From Botryllus schlosseri (taxonomy: Eukaryota), in the NCBI GenBank assembly GCA_051294905.1, contig CM119378.1, positions 23,560,001 through 23,624,000 on the forward strand: 64,000 nucleotides of DNA, in the 5' to 3' direction. Under the pieces are notes generated by a model. The model was not told the origin of the DNA. It was given only the letters and a program-made list of their open reading frames with translations, and ran no database searches. The position numbers and the translations under genes were made by a program. Below are positions 1-12,100 of the stretch, in pieces (positions within the stretch are counted from its first letter, which is position 1; the number at the start of each line of letters is the position of its first letter).

Positions 1-139
1 CGAGACAGGCTACTAGTCAACCGCCTTCGCAGCAGTTTTATGGCGTAACAATGGACTAATACTACTTAGGATACTTATATCGTAGCAATGCCGCATTCTT
101 TGCAAGCGGTGCCGCACCGCAGATTTGAACTCATTACGA

Positions 140-222
140 AACGGCGGGCCGTATTCTTGTGGTAACGCATTATTGCGTCGCGGGCCGGATTCGGCCCGCG
201 GGCCGTAGGTTGTCGACCCTTG
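140..222. mobile_element. Right end of a hAT-type MITE (relic)
   Basis: CGCGGGCCGGATTCGGCCCGCGGGCCGTAGGTTGTCGACCCTTG; its reverse complement CAAGGGTCGACAACCTACGGCCCGCGGGCCG is typical of hAT (Charlie/Buster-like) termini. No left end or TSD found. Confidence 0.6.
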
Positions 223-464
223 TATTACTATATGGTTACTCATGGCCTACTAGTACTTAGTAGGCCATGGGTTACTACAGTTACTATACTCACCGCCCGC
301 GCCCACATGATCAATGTTGGCGGTATAATTGGTGGAGGAGAAAGAGTTCGAAAATACAGGGAGCGTAATTGTACATCGTTAAGTCATGTTTATGTCCCAC
401 GGATAAGATTGTTTATAAGCCTTATGCCGGTGCGCACCACGGAGCGTTATGAACACCTCACATC

Positions 465-671
465 CAGTGGTTTCCAACCTTTTATGGTCACTACCCCATC
501 TCCAATTTGAAAACATTCTGTCGCGCGGATCGAAATTTGAGGAGCTGATTACTAAAAGAAGTCAGCAATTTCGCCCCGACTTACTCACGGTTTATTTTGG
601 AAGCTGATTACGTTCAACATATTCGCGAAACCCAGAATAAAGGCAAACGACCGCCAACTTTGGAACCACTA
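465..671. mobile_element. Degraded hAT MITE, about 207 bp
   Basis: Left end CAGTGGTTTCCAACC, right end TTGGAACCACTA (inverted repeat). Flanks do not form a clean TSD. Confidence 0.55.
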
Positions 672-974
672 TATATCATTGAATAAAGCATTTAAACGGC
701 CTTAACGATCTCTAGGAATAGACCGTTCTCATATAATTGCGATTACAATTAGGCTTATTCCAGTAAATGAAAGTTGTTTTCACTTATATTTTATTGCACT
801 TTTTGCAAGGGTGCTAGTCCCCATATTAAAAACAATGTACGTGACAGTAATAGTGAAGTGACAGTGATAGCGAATCGCGCGCAGCGCGAAGAAAAATATC
901 ATGTATCAGCATAAATATTCCCCAAAATAATGTTTTCATGTTAATCTACGAAAAAATTGTGGGCCACGTCAAGT

Positions 975-1082
975 CTTCAAAATTCCGGACATTTGACATA
1001 TTTTAAAAATTCCTCCCGGACGCTAGTTTGAACAGTCAAATTCCGGACATGTCCGGGAAATTCCGGACGTATGGCAACCCTG
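975..1082. mobile_element. Right end of a hAT MITE with TCCGGA subterminal repeats
   Basis: Repeated TTCCGGAC motifs ending GTATGGCAACCCTG (TIR CAGGGTTGCCATAC), related to the TIR of the 18381-18772 element. Left end not found. Confidence 0.6.
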
Positions 1083-1204
1083 TCATAGAACAAAAATGAA
1101 TCCTCTTATTTATAACGAATCTGCGCATGGACGCTTCTATCGTGCATATGAGTTCAAATATTTCAAATTCGGATCCGAATCTTTGTCGCGCTTCCACCTT
1201 GTAG

Positions 1205-3324
1205 GTGCGAAGGTTATCGATTCAGCACCACGATTCCCCGTCTTGGCGCCATGGTATATCGAACGTCCACGGTGCAGTGTCGCGGCAACATTATGACATT
1301 TCAAACAGATTGCTCATTGCGTACTACTATGGTGGCGTGGTGTGGAACATGGAGGATGTCATTTTGCACTCGATTTCCGATGAATTGGATCCTTATTCGG
1401 GCTTCGCCTTGTTTGATGAAGACAGTGCCGGTGAGTTATCGAAATCCGTATAAGAGTCAATCTTGCAGGTAGACGTACCATACATCCATGTCTGTTTTAC
1501 CTCATCCTTACTCTGGTGACAGTACCGAATAAAGACATAGCAAAAATAAATAATAATATATTGTCTTAGGATTTATCCGGCGTACACCGTGACTGCTGGA
1601 ATATCAACGTTATGGATGGCCAGGTGAAAAATCTCTCACTGCTCCCCCTCCTGACGTGACAATTTCAAATCCTTTACTCCTTCGGATTTCACATCGGTGG
1701 TCCTCAGGCTCGCTTTTTAATATTTTCACTGAATCCTTTCTTATTATGCATACGGAAATGCTGAATTGCAACCGTCGTCATAACTATGTGCCTTGATGTC
1801 GAGAAAATTTTTCTTCGCTAGCCTATATCAAGCCAAATCTTCTGATCAACCCTAATTTTATAATCAGCCGAAGCTCGCTGTAAATGAAATCAACCGCTGT
1901 CTCGCAAAAGAGTAAATCTTTCCTTTAAGTACACTCAAAATTGTATTTATACCAAACTAAATCCCATAATGTGTTCAAGCACATAGTTGCAGTTCTATTT
2001 GCACCTCACTGATACCGCAATACGACTGATGACTTACTTGTTACGTATAGGCTATTTCATCAATGAAAGATTGCACGCTATCATACTTTCAGATCGCTCA
2101 GTTGTTGGAGGACGAAAGACGTCAGAGTTCCTTGCTAAATTCCTAAAGATAATGGATACTGATCATCCTATAACATTTTACGACGTGATGAAGTGAGTGT
2201 CTGAATTATCCACCGCTAGTGGGCAGCTCAACAACAATCTTCTTACACCAAAAGGGTTGCTGAATCCACTGGTCCACCGTCTCTTGCGAAAGGCTATCCA
2301 TTCACGGTGATAACAGACAATAATTTGACCGTGACCTCCAAGGGGAGATACAAGGAGAATCTGAATGGATATCATTTCGAGATAAAGTGAGAAAAGAGAG
2401 GCCACATCCCTTATGGAAAATTGTAGAACTAATTGGCATTTCTGTTCAGATCTACCGAAGAAATGCAAAAATACGACAAAGCATTTTTCACGTCCATATT
2501 AAACACGCTATCCGAGAGACTACTTGACAGATCTCCGTTTGCGATGCCTCTTTAATAATTTTACTTAATTGGCAAGGCCGACACAAGGGAAGTTACAGCG
2601 AAAACGCGATGAAGCGGGTAATCCCGAACTCCGAACCCGCAATTCAAGATGACCCTTGTTGAAGAGATGATTTATAAAATCGAATGGAATGTTTTGTTTT
2701 ATTTTCTCATTTCAGAAGTTTTCTACGCATTTCCCGCCATTTACCAACACATTAACCACCTTAAATTGACCCATCACATATAGAACTCAAACCATGTACC
2801 ACGACTATTGTCGAAAGGTAATGAAATGGGTTTTCTGTATGACTGCGTATGCATTCAATAATCGAATCTGATACGACGTGTCTGGAAGGAAAGGTGCTAG
2901 GGGGTGCAGGACCACATAAGTTTTGCTAAAGAGTATATTGGGGGCCCGTGACCAACATTTTTCACTGGGCCCCTATAACGCTGTTTCTGATCTATTTATG
3001 AATATTCGCTTGTCCCGACAGCAAGAAGAATATTTACACCAGATTAGGCCGTTCCTGTCTGCACGATGAATACAAAAAGGTTCTGATTTACAAGCATATT
3101 GACGGAAACCAAGAATTTTACTACAAAATATGAAATTTCGAGAAACTCTGTACAAATCGAACCTTTGACCAATAGTGACAGTATACGCCTATATGCATCA
3201 GCAATTTTAGTGACGAGATGTTTACTCCTGTTCGGGTCTGAATATTTCAAGGCTGATAATGCGGCGAGATATGCAGAACAAAGCTACGCCCGTTAGTGGA
3301 AATGACATATACGTGAAGTCGTGA
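1205..3324 (+). CDS. Candidate last three exons (1205-1430, 2093-2192, 3252-3324) of an unidentified protein
   Basis: Acceptors TTGTAG, TTTCAG and TTCAAG; both donors GTGAGT. Exon phases are compatible (0-1, 1-2, 2-stop), giving 132 aa ending ...FALFDEDSADRSVVGGRKTSEFLAKFLKIMDTDHPITFYDVMKLIMRRDMQNKATPVSGNDIYVKS*. No family recognised. Confidence 0.35.
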
Positions 3325-3405
3325 TTGATCCACAGCATGGTCTCGAAGGGCATGAATTAGGTCTGGTGGAAGAATAACCGAACTGACATTATGCTATCTG
3401 TGACG

Positions 3406-4364
3406 CAGTGTTGGGATGACTCGAATCATGACTTGACTCGAGTCAGACTCGAGTCACCTTTTTCGTATGACTTGACTTGACTCGAGTCACTTTGCTAAAA
3501 TGACTTGACTTGACTTGACTCGGCGTATCAAAAATGTGGATTGACTCGTGACTCGGAACAAAATTCACGAGTCAAATTCAAGTCATCAAGTAGTCGGTCT
3601 CGATAAAAATCATTGTATCTTGCATATGGTCGGGTTGCTCGCGAAACGCTCGTGTAACCCGTGAGAGCGACTAATCAGTCAATGATCGTGCGTTTCACTG
3701 TGCCTCCATTGTTCTTTCCCAAATAAATTGACCGCAAACGAAGTGAGCGAAGCTTATAGCTTACGATGTCGTAAACTAGTATAGTAAAGTAATTTAATAG
3801 TAAAATGTGTATTTCTGCTTTCTGTTCTTACCTTAACCAAACGTCTTGGTTAATTGAAATTGAATTCGAAAATACATTTTTATAGTCATCAACCATTGGC
3901 GCAGGCTCGTATATATATATATGTATATTGCATCTTATCAATTCGTTTCTCTATTATCTATTTTGGCTGGTAACTATAAACTGAGGCTGTGCAATTACTT
4001 ACGTAGTTTAGCAGTTCTACGTATATGTGAGCGATACAGCGCCTTCTTGCGTGTAGATTTAACTCTATACTCGTTCATTGGTTCAGAATCGATGACCACT
4101 CAATCTGTATTTCAGACAGCCAGCAAAATGCAATGACATAATCATGCCTGATACTTCGAAAAGCCAACTTGACTTGAATTGTGACTTGACTCGTGACTTG
4201 ACTTGACTTGACTCGACTTGACTCGAGTCACCTCCAAAAATCGAGTGACTTGACTTGACTCGAGTCACCTTCGAAAATCGATTGACTTGACTTGACTCGA
4301 GTCAAAATGTGCAATGACTTGAAATGACTCGTGACTCGAAGGTAGTGACTTGATCCCAACACTG
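3406..4364. mobile_element. Complete non-autonomous hAT element, 959 bp
   Basis: TIRs CAGTGTTGGGAT / ATCCCAACACTG; perfect 8-bp TSD CTGTGACG (3398-3405 and 4365-4372); arrays of GACTT/GACTC pentamers about 150-200 bp deep at both ends. Confidence 0.93.
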
Positions 4365-5579
4365 CTGTGACGGCATAAAACTTAATTTTGAGCTTTTTAC
4401 ATCTTTCATAGTGTTATGACGTCATAATGAATAATACTCGAAGACTCGACTTGAGTATAGAAGCATAATACTCGATTCAGAATCAAATCAATCAGGCACT
4501 TGATTTTGCCGAGCCATACTTGCAAGTGACACAATTTTTGTCAACGTACACATATTCTAAGCTTACATACAAATGACGATTGACGTCACTACTTACCACA
4601 GTGTATCATTTACACTGGGCGAGTGAGTTTGTGCGATTGGGACAAGCAACAATATCAATTTGACTGCTTGCATTATGACTCATTGTTCGAATAACATATT
4701 ACGTTGTGTACGTCGAAACAGGCGAAATTAGGGGAATACATTTTATGCGACATAAGACGTATATTCAGCGATACTTCACCATGTCCTAATTAGCTTATAA
4801 ATCGCCCAAACGTGGAGCAGCGCGTGTTATCCGGGCACTTTAGTCGTGGAATGATGGATCGATGTGATGCCATAACAGAGATGTGAGTTACGCGTTTATG
4901 GACCTCAATTTAAGGCATGGCTACCCGGCTACAGAGCGAATTATATTCCGGTATGGTGGTTTTCCACGTCACACCATACCAGAACCTGTGACAAGAAGCC
5001 GTAATTGGTTAAAAAGGTCTGTAATCTCCGCGAAAGCCGCGGTTGTTTGTAGTAAAACGCACGGAGAACACAGAGCAACACCTAGAAAATCTTTTCCTTC
5101 CACAACACCTGTGACCAGAGGCTGGCACGCACTTACGCGGGGGCTAATTCGATTTTCCTAAACATTACACCATTTTGGTTCCACTTTACGGTCTCGTGCG
5201 CCCAGGAGGGTGTTACAACGATTTCCCAACAACAACTTCGCAGTAGATATTTTATAATTTGAATTTTAACAAGCAACCCTCACTCCCATGCTCTCCGGGT
5301 GCATAATATAATTGGCGCATAACTGAGAAATTCAAATCATTTTCACACCTATCGTAATCTCTGTCTGGTTAGGGATGTACGACATTATATGACAACATTG
5401 ATAAGAAATGCTGAGGCGTTCACCAACATATAATGTATTTGAAATAAAGGTTTATACGAGGATTTCGTTTTGCACCAGGATTGAACTGCACCCAGATAAA
5501 ACCCAAGTTGGAAACACCGGATATTTTGTGGTTTCGATTCAAGCATTTGACTTCGACGATCATGCTCAATTACACTAGC

Positions 5580-5615
5580 CAGGGGCGGGCAACTTCTCTA
5601 GTCGGCGGGCTGGAT
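5580..5615. mobile_element. Isolated hAT-like left end
   Basis: CAGGGGCGGGCAACTT...GGCGGGC resembles a hAT TIR; no partner end found. Confidence 0.35.
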
Positions 5616-8600
5616 ATAAGAAAATTACCTTCGTGGCGGGTCGTATTCCTGGATCGATACATAAATCGCGTATTTATCCACCTATGCAAGGAATAAATCG
5701 TATTTAATGTTGACGTTAAGTTTAAAGCATATAGAGGCCAAAGACAGTATTCAAGGCCGAGTAGTTGAAGTTCGTTTCAGAATTAGGAATTGGTTTTTGA
5801 TCGAAGTCCAATCACAAACTGCCAAATGCACCAAATAGCCTACATATATATCTCGCAGCTAGGAGAGCCTGTGGTCAGCGTATATGCGACTGGCTCATGG
5901 CGGCAAAAAATGGTAATAATATTAATAATTAGGCGTCTTGAAGATGCATGAAGGGTGGTAGGTCTTTGTATCGCCCTCTTAAATAAAGTACATCGATTAC
6001 GATAAAGTGGACTGAATTTTATCAGGTTAAATACGTAAGAGTGCTTTTGATGTTAAGATACTATGTTATAAAACAAGAGAGGTAGAAAAGGGTTTGTTGA
6101 AAAGTTATAATTTCCTAATCACGAAGTAGCCAAGTAATGCGTACTGAACTGTTTACCACACGTTTTTGCTTTCTGCTTCGCGACTGTTGGGATAGCCTAC
6201 ATTGCCGCGTATTGCGCATCATCTTTATGAGAGATCATGGGGCAAATGTTACTTCTTTGACATATCGTTATACCACTGCTATAGTATATATCGAACTGTT
6301 GTTGTCTATTGTGTGGAATCCGAACTCGTCTGATGTATATGTTGAAAACAGATGATTTATTACACCATTTAACCCAGTTGAGGTACGCCGTATCTTGACT
6401 CGGGGTCGAAAGTTCGTCGCTAACCACCGAATTATCGAATATCCTATATATTTGTGACAGAGAAAGCGTTTCTCCTGTCTTGGTAACATACGGACATGAC
6501 ACGCCGAATTTGTTAGCTTTCGTTATCGCCGCAACTGGCGTTGTAGGTTCTCTTTTCCTTTCATTGACTCGCCCGGTAATTGTGAGCCCAATTCAATCGC
6601 CTCCGACTCGATTTGATATGTCTTCTAGATCCGTCTTCTTTCCATTATTCCGGTATTGATCGATGCGTTCTGCTATCTTTCATCTTTCACAATTTCAAGA
6701 GAGCGTTTCCGAAATATCTACCTATGACAAACAACGGTACGTGTGTGAACTTAACGTGACCTTGACTGCTGTGAACCTTCGTATGGCGTGACCACTAACG
6801 GTGAGAGAACGTTATGGCGTATCTAACCTAACCAGAGTCAAGCCAAAGTTATGTATCATTCCCACAACGCTGCAATTGGTACCAATTTTGTATATACTAT
6901 CAAGACAAGGGAACGTACCAGTTGTTCCTATACTTCCGCTCCACGGGAAGAAACGGTGCAGCTTTTTATCGGGACACAGATTGGTGAAATCTCGAATCGA
7001 TAAGCATTAATTTGCTGGATAGCTATTCGCTGCCGAGGCACATTGTTACAGAACAATTAATTTTAGAGGTTCAGCGGACCATGTCATGTTATATACTCTA
7101 ACATGCGACTTATGCCAAACTTGGAGTTCCATTCAAATATGCTATTCATTCACGATTAAAATGGAACGATCATTGTTGATGTTGATGACAAAGTCAGTAA
7201 AACGATTCACCCACGTTGATGCTCAGTATTTACGTAGTTTTGCCTTATATTGCCATTTTACTCCAGGCCGATAATATTATTTTGATTGTTATGTTGCCGT
7301 CACATTGTTATACTTCGTTCTAGATTTTTTCTGGGGTCTAGCTAAGGATTCTGGAGTCGGCCCGCAGCTATAAGCGTCGTTTGACTTACATTATGGAGGC
7401 TAGGGTAGGTAATTTCGGCTACTGCGCCTGCGTCGAAGTAATAATGACTGTTTGGAACTTTCACAGATGACAAATAAGCTGAATAATCATCAATTATTTC
7501 GCCTTCGACGGAGACAGAGAGCCGGATTTTATGCCCTTCGTTTAGTTGCGATACGCACGACATACCGGGACGTGATGTTTTCCGAAGATACTCGCAATCA
7601 GCCGCATCCAAAGTTCAGCTCAAACTCCGAAACTATTGATGTGGCATTTGTCAACGCTGAACGACGAATTTTAGGAAAGAAGGCGATGACTTGAAGAAAG
7701 AGTACGAAATGATGAGGCCAGTATAGCTTCGACCTAACTCCATTGCTTACGATCATGAATAACACGTAAATGGTTCACTGACTTGAAGATCTCATAATTT
7801 TCAGACCATAATCACCGACGTGTTCCAATCGTAGATCGTACAGCACTGACGCGAACTTTCTCAGGACCTTACACAGTATACAAAGTGACATGTAACAACG
7901 TAACATTCAATAATGCACAGGAATCAGCAGAAACACATATTAGTCCTGACATTGGAACATTTATATATCTTCATTGTTCGTATCAATATGATACAAATTT
8001 TAAACCTAGTTGCATTAATCTAATCCGGGGTGACAGACTTGCGACTTTCGATTTCCATTGTGCCAGAATACGAGAATATTCAGCTTTAATTCCTATCACC
8101 AGATTACTTTATTCACGAAAGATATATATGATGTAACCATCGGAAACGATGAGCAGAAAAAAGTATATTGTGGAAGTGTGTAGTGCTCTCATCTTTTCAA
8201 TATTACAATGAAATTTATCGCAGTCCAGGCAAAAGTTAGATTCGATATGAAGAAAGGCAATCGTGATGACATCCCGATCAGTATTTTTAGGTTTTCAGAA
8301 TTTTTTTTATTACCAACAATCCACACTTGTATAGTCACGACATGGATGATCTTACAGTTCGGCGATAGGTCAGGGATGGTTACCGCGTGATTCGTAGTTT
8401 TTTGTTACGCTATTTAGTGTTTAAAAGTATACGCCCCACCTAAAAGAAAAGGTTGGTTTAACCTAACAACAACGCCAGTTATTCTGGAAACACACGCCAA
8501 AGCCATTTTAGGGGTTACCTTTGAAGGTATGACTTAATCGATTTACAGTCCTCCGTGTGGGCTTTTGACAAAGCACCCAGTCGTGCGTTTTTGGCTACAT

Positions 8601-8929
8601 AATGGCAATTTGTCAATTCTGTCCGTTCCTCACGAGTACTTACGCTGGACGCGGAGTCGTGCTCTTGCTTTCCTCGGATACCCGTTTACATTAGCGCAGT
8701 AACGGACTGGATATAAAAGACAGCCTGATTTCTGCCTCGTATCTGATGGCGATGCTTCGAATCAATAGAAATGTATGATATATGATATAGGTTTACCCCG
8801 TCATAACTTTACTTGTGATGACATAATCCCTTAACATACGAAACATGCATATATGTTCTGTAGGAAATTCGGGACTTGACGCATTTACCATTTAGGCTAC
8901 ATAAGGAGATTCTGCTCTCGGCTGAGATT

Positions 8930-9053
8930 ATTAGAAATGACTCTTGTCACTTCGCAAATTTTCGTGACTTAATTTGAGGAATTTTCAATGAATTGACTCT
9001 ATACTCAAAATTTGCAGTGACTCGAACTGACCTGCGACCTGATCCCAACACTA
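8930..9053. mobile_element. Degraded right part of the 3406-4364 hAT family
   Basis: Decayed GACT repeats ending GATCCCAACACTA, matching the family TIR except for the last base. Confidence 0.6.
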
Positions 9054-9111
9054 CATTGTAGCATTGTAGAACACTGCATTGTTGCATTTTCAAAGAGATA
9101 TAGATAAGTGT

Positions 9112-9165
9112 CAGCGGCCTTCAACCGGTGGTGCGCGGACCGCTGCGGGTCCGCGAGGAGCTCGT
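9112..9165. mobile_element. Isolated hAT-like left end
   Basis: CAGCGGCCTTCAACCGGTGGTGCGCGGACCGCTGCGGGTCCGCG; TIR-like start followed by a GCGGACC/GGTCCGC hairpin. No right end found. Confidence 0.45.
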
Positions 9166-12100
9166 TACTGATCAGTAAACATTTATTACACTTTAGCGTA
9201 GTGGCTAGGATCCCTGATGAAAATTGACACTAATCATATTCCGGTCCCAAATGTATGGCTTTTAGCTCTGAATAGGCGTCTGGCTTATGACTTCACATTC
9301 AAGTATTGTTTGTATTGAGTATTATTCTTACGAAATCTGGCTTGGCAAGTCAACATGACACACCTTTAAAATCATTTTGATACTGTCTCGATTTGGACAT
9401 ACAGTCCCAGCATGCGCAAATATGTCATCGATATATTTCCAAAGACCGCCAGTAAAGAAATACTTACATTTTTTCGAAGTGCTCAAATAGATATGTCCAT
9501 TTGTACTACATCCACATGTAGTTACGATTTAAACTACTTCTACTTTACAATTTTATTTTTTAGCCAAATCTAGGGTCTAGAATACTTGCTTTATTATTTG
9601 GAAAGAGATACATATACTTGCACTTGAATAGAAATTTAGGTCCTTACTTCTACTTCTACTGGAGTATCGGCGATGACTACTTAAATCATCTCTGTATAGC
9701 CCAGAATTTTTTTATCCAAGGTAGAATGTCGTTTTTTAATGTTGCGTAAGAATGGAAATCCCAATGCTATGGAGGCAGCTTTTCGCTGGCCTCCATCGCC
9801 AGTCGCATCTGAACAAAATGGCTAAACAACAACTTTGTTTCGCTCGAATGCCACCTACTGAGAGGGTGTAGATGGGCGAGCCAGCTGATTTAGCAATTCC
9901 TCTCTCATTTCAATCAGATTCGGAAAGCCCTGAGTCACATTACTCGTGTGGCCATCAACTCTACAAATCGCGTTACGCTTTGGAGACTTTGAAAGATCTG
10001 GTTGCAAATTACTAAACAGTCTTCCCTCTTTCATGTTAATCAACCAAGCATGACATCATTAATTGGTATGTCGTCAACGCTCATGATACGGTGGGATTAC
10101 TTATAATTACTGATTTGACACAGTTCCGACTATGTACGGCGTGTAGAAACTAGAATAATGGGTTTGGAGTCATCCACCTTATGTCTGGTATTGATCAGTT
10201 CTGATGTAGCGAGTTACTTATACGACTATACAACGATACACGCACTACAGCGGTAACAGCTGGCGGCAATATGACACTCGAGTAAATTTGGTGTCATGAC
10301 CCGAACATATAGCGACAAATTGCTAAAGAGCAAATTTTCCGAACGCTCGTTAGTTTGTGGTCATCGTGGACCATGAGTCCATGAGTTTGTCGTCTTGGCA
10401 ATCGCATTTTGATTTCAAAACCTTTGATTCGCGCTGTTATCTGGTTTTATCCATTGGTTAGGCTACTTATGAATATTATGGTACATTATTATAGGTGTAG
10501 CAGTAGGCCTACCTAGTGCGACATGCATTGTAGGCTACTCCATTCGATAAGACATAGATATCGATGCATTATTGACACTCAGCTATATAGAATTCAATCG
10601 GCGGCCCCGATTTATACAGATGTACCAACTCAAAGCAAGCTGAATGAATTAGAAATAAAGTTAGCAAATGCGTGATCTTTCTCCACACATGTCTTCATAT
10701 GACAGGTGAAACTATGGGGGTGTTTGCAATTTTTGTTTTCCACTTCCAACTCTTCTTGCTGAAAAATAACAGGAAAGTCAACACGAGTGCCTTGTGAAAT
10801 AGGGCCAAAATGTCAGGAATATCTCGCATAACCACTGTAGCGTGTGAATCATTGAAATGCTTTCATAGCACTGCGTTCATCTCGGATATGGGGAGCTATT
10901 TAACGTATTGAAAAGGCTGCTGTGGTTTTGTCAGGGACACCCTGCAAATAGCACTCATTTTAAACAATGATTTGCAATGAGAATGTATAATTACGATGGA
11001 GATTATCCGCCACGAATGGAAACATAATTGTCGGTTCATTTCAAGCCACCCGTGAAAGAAAAGTGATTCATTCATTCGATTTTGTCTTTGAAGATAATGC
11101 GCTGAAGTGTTCGATAGACTCAGCTGGGTTTAAGCTACGTACCCATAACAGCGATCAAGCATCTCCACTGGGCAGCGCCGATTCGCGTTTCTTAAAAACG
11201 CGCGATAATTATATTTGCCAAGTCGGGCATCGACGATTCCTTGATGATGGATATATCTACCACGCTGTTTACAAAAGTCGCTTGTGGATTACCTGAAATT
11301 CTTTGGTGTCCAATTCGCATGTGTCGCCTGGGTAATGATGTTGGACCCTGGTTGGAGGTGGGAGAATACATTTTGAAGCCAGACACGATTGTACTATTCA
11401 TCTGATATCATCAAGTGATGCGCAAAAGATTGCTGGAAAAATGAATTGGCCACTTTTTTCTCCTGAAAATGAATGGTACCACCACGATTATAGAATAATT
11501 GGAAATGCTCTCGAAGTATCAGTTCGAAATTTATATCCGCATTCCTATCAATTTTCATTATTACTTTGGAATTTACTTAGAAGTAGTCTATGGCTAAGAA
11601 ACCGATGTTCAACTCTTCTGATATCAAACAATGAAAACTATAATTGAACGCAGTCCAATCATGAGTGTGCAGTTTGAATAACGTTATTGCGATATTGACT
11701 ATAACATAAAGTCATGTTATTACGGGTGTTGGATAGTAATTTACCTTATACCAGAACCACATAATAATAGTAACTCTGCTGGCGTGAAGCACTTCAAATT
11801 TATTTTGCTGGACGTCTTGTGCGGTTTCGAACAATCTAAACATAAATTTTAATCGTGTTTTGAGCTTTCGTATACCTCCCTTGTTGCAAACGACCTTAAT
11901 ACTCAGGGATTCTGTCGTTACCGCAATTGTGATTCAAAACAACGGTTTCCAATGGAAAATACCTTTGAAATGGGAATTGTTGTCTGAAATGTCTGGAAAT
12001 CCTATATCCATTTTCTACTTATCCCCAAAATAAACAAATTCACACTTACTCGTCATCTGTTTTATCCGCGTTTCTAGCTAAAACGATAAATTTCTCGACC

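Noticed and set aside
3421-4350. GACTT/GACTC arrays as a CRISPR-like array
   Set aside because: Five-nt units without unique spacers, inside TIRs with a TSD, and no cas genes; these are subterminal transposon repeats.
6197-6502. TLSLSQIY in a minus-strand ORF resembling forkhead helix 2
   Set aside because: No other forkhead motif nearby; treated as a chance match.
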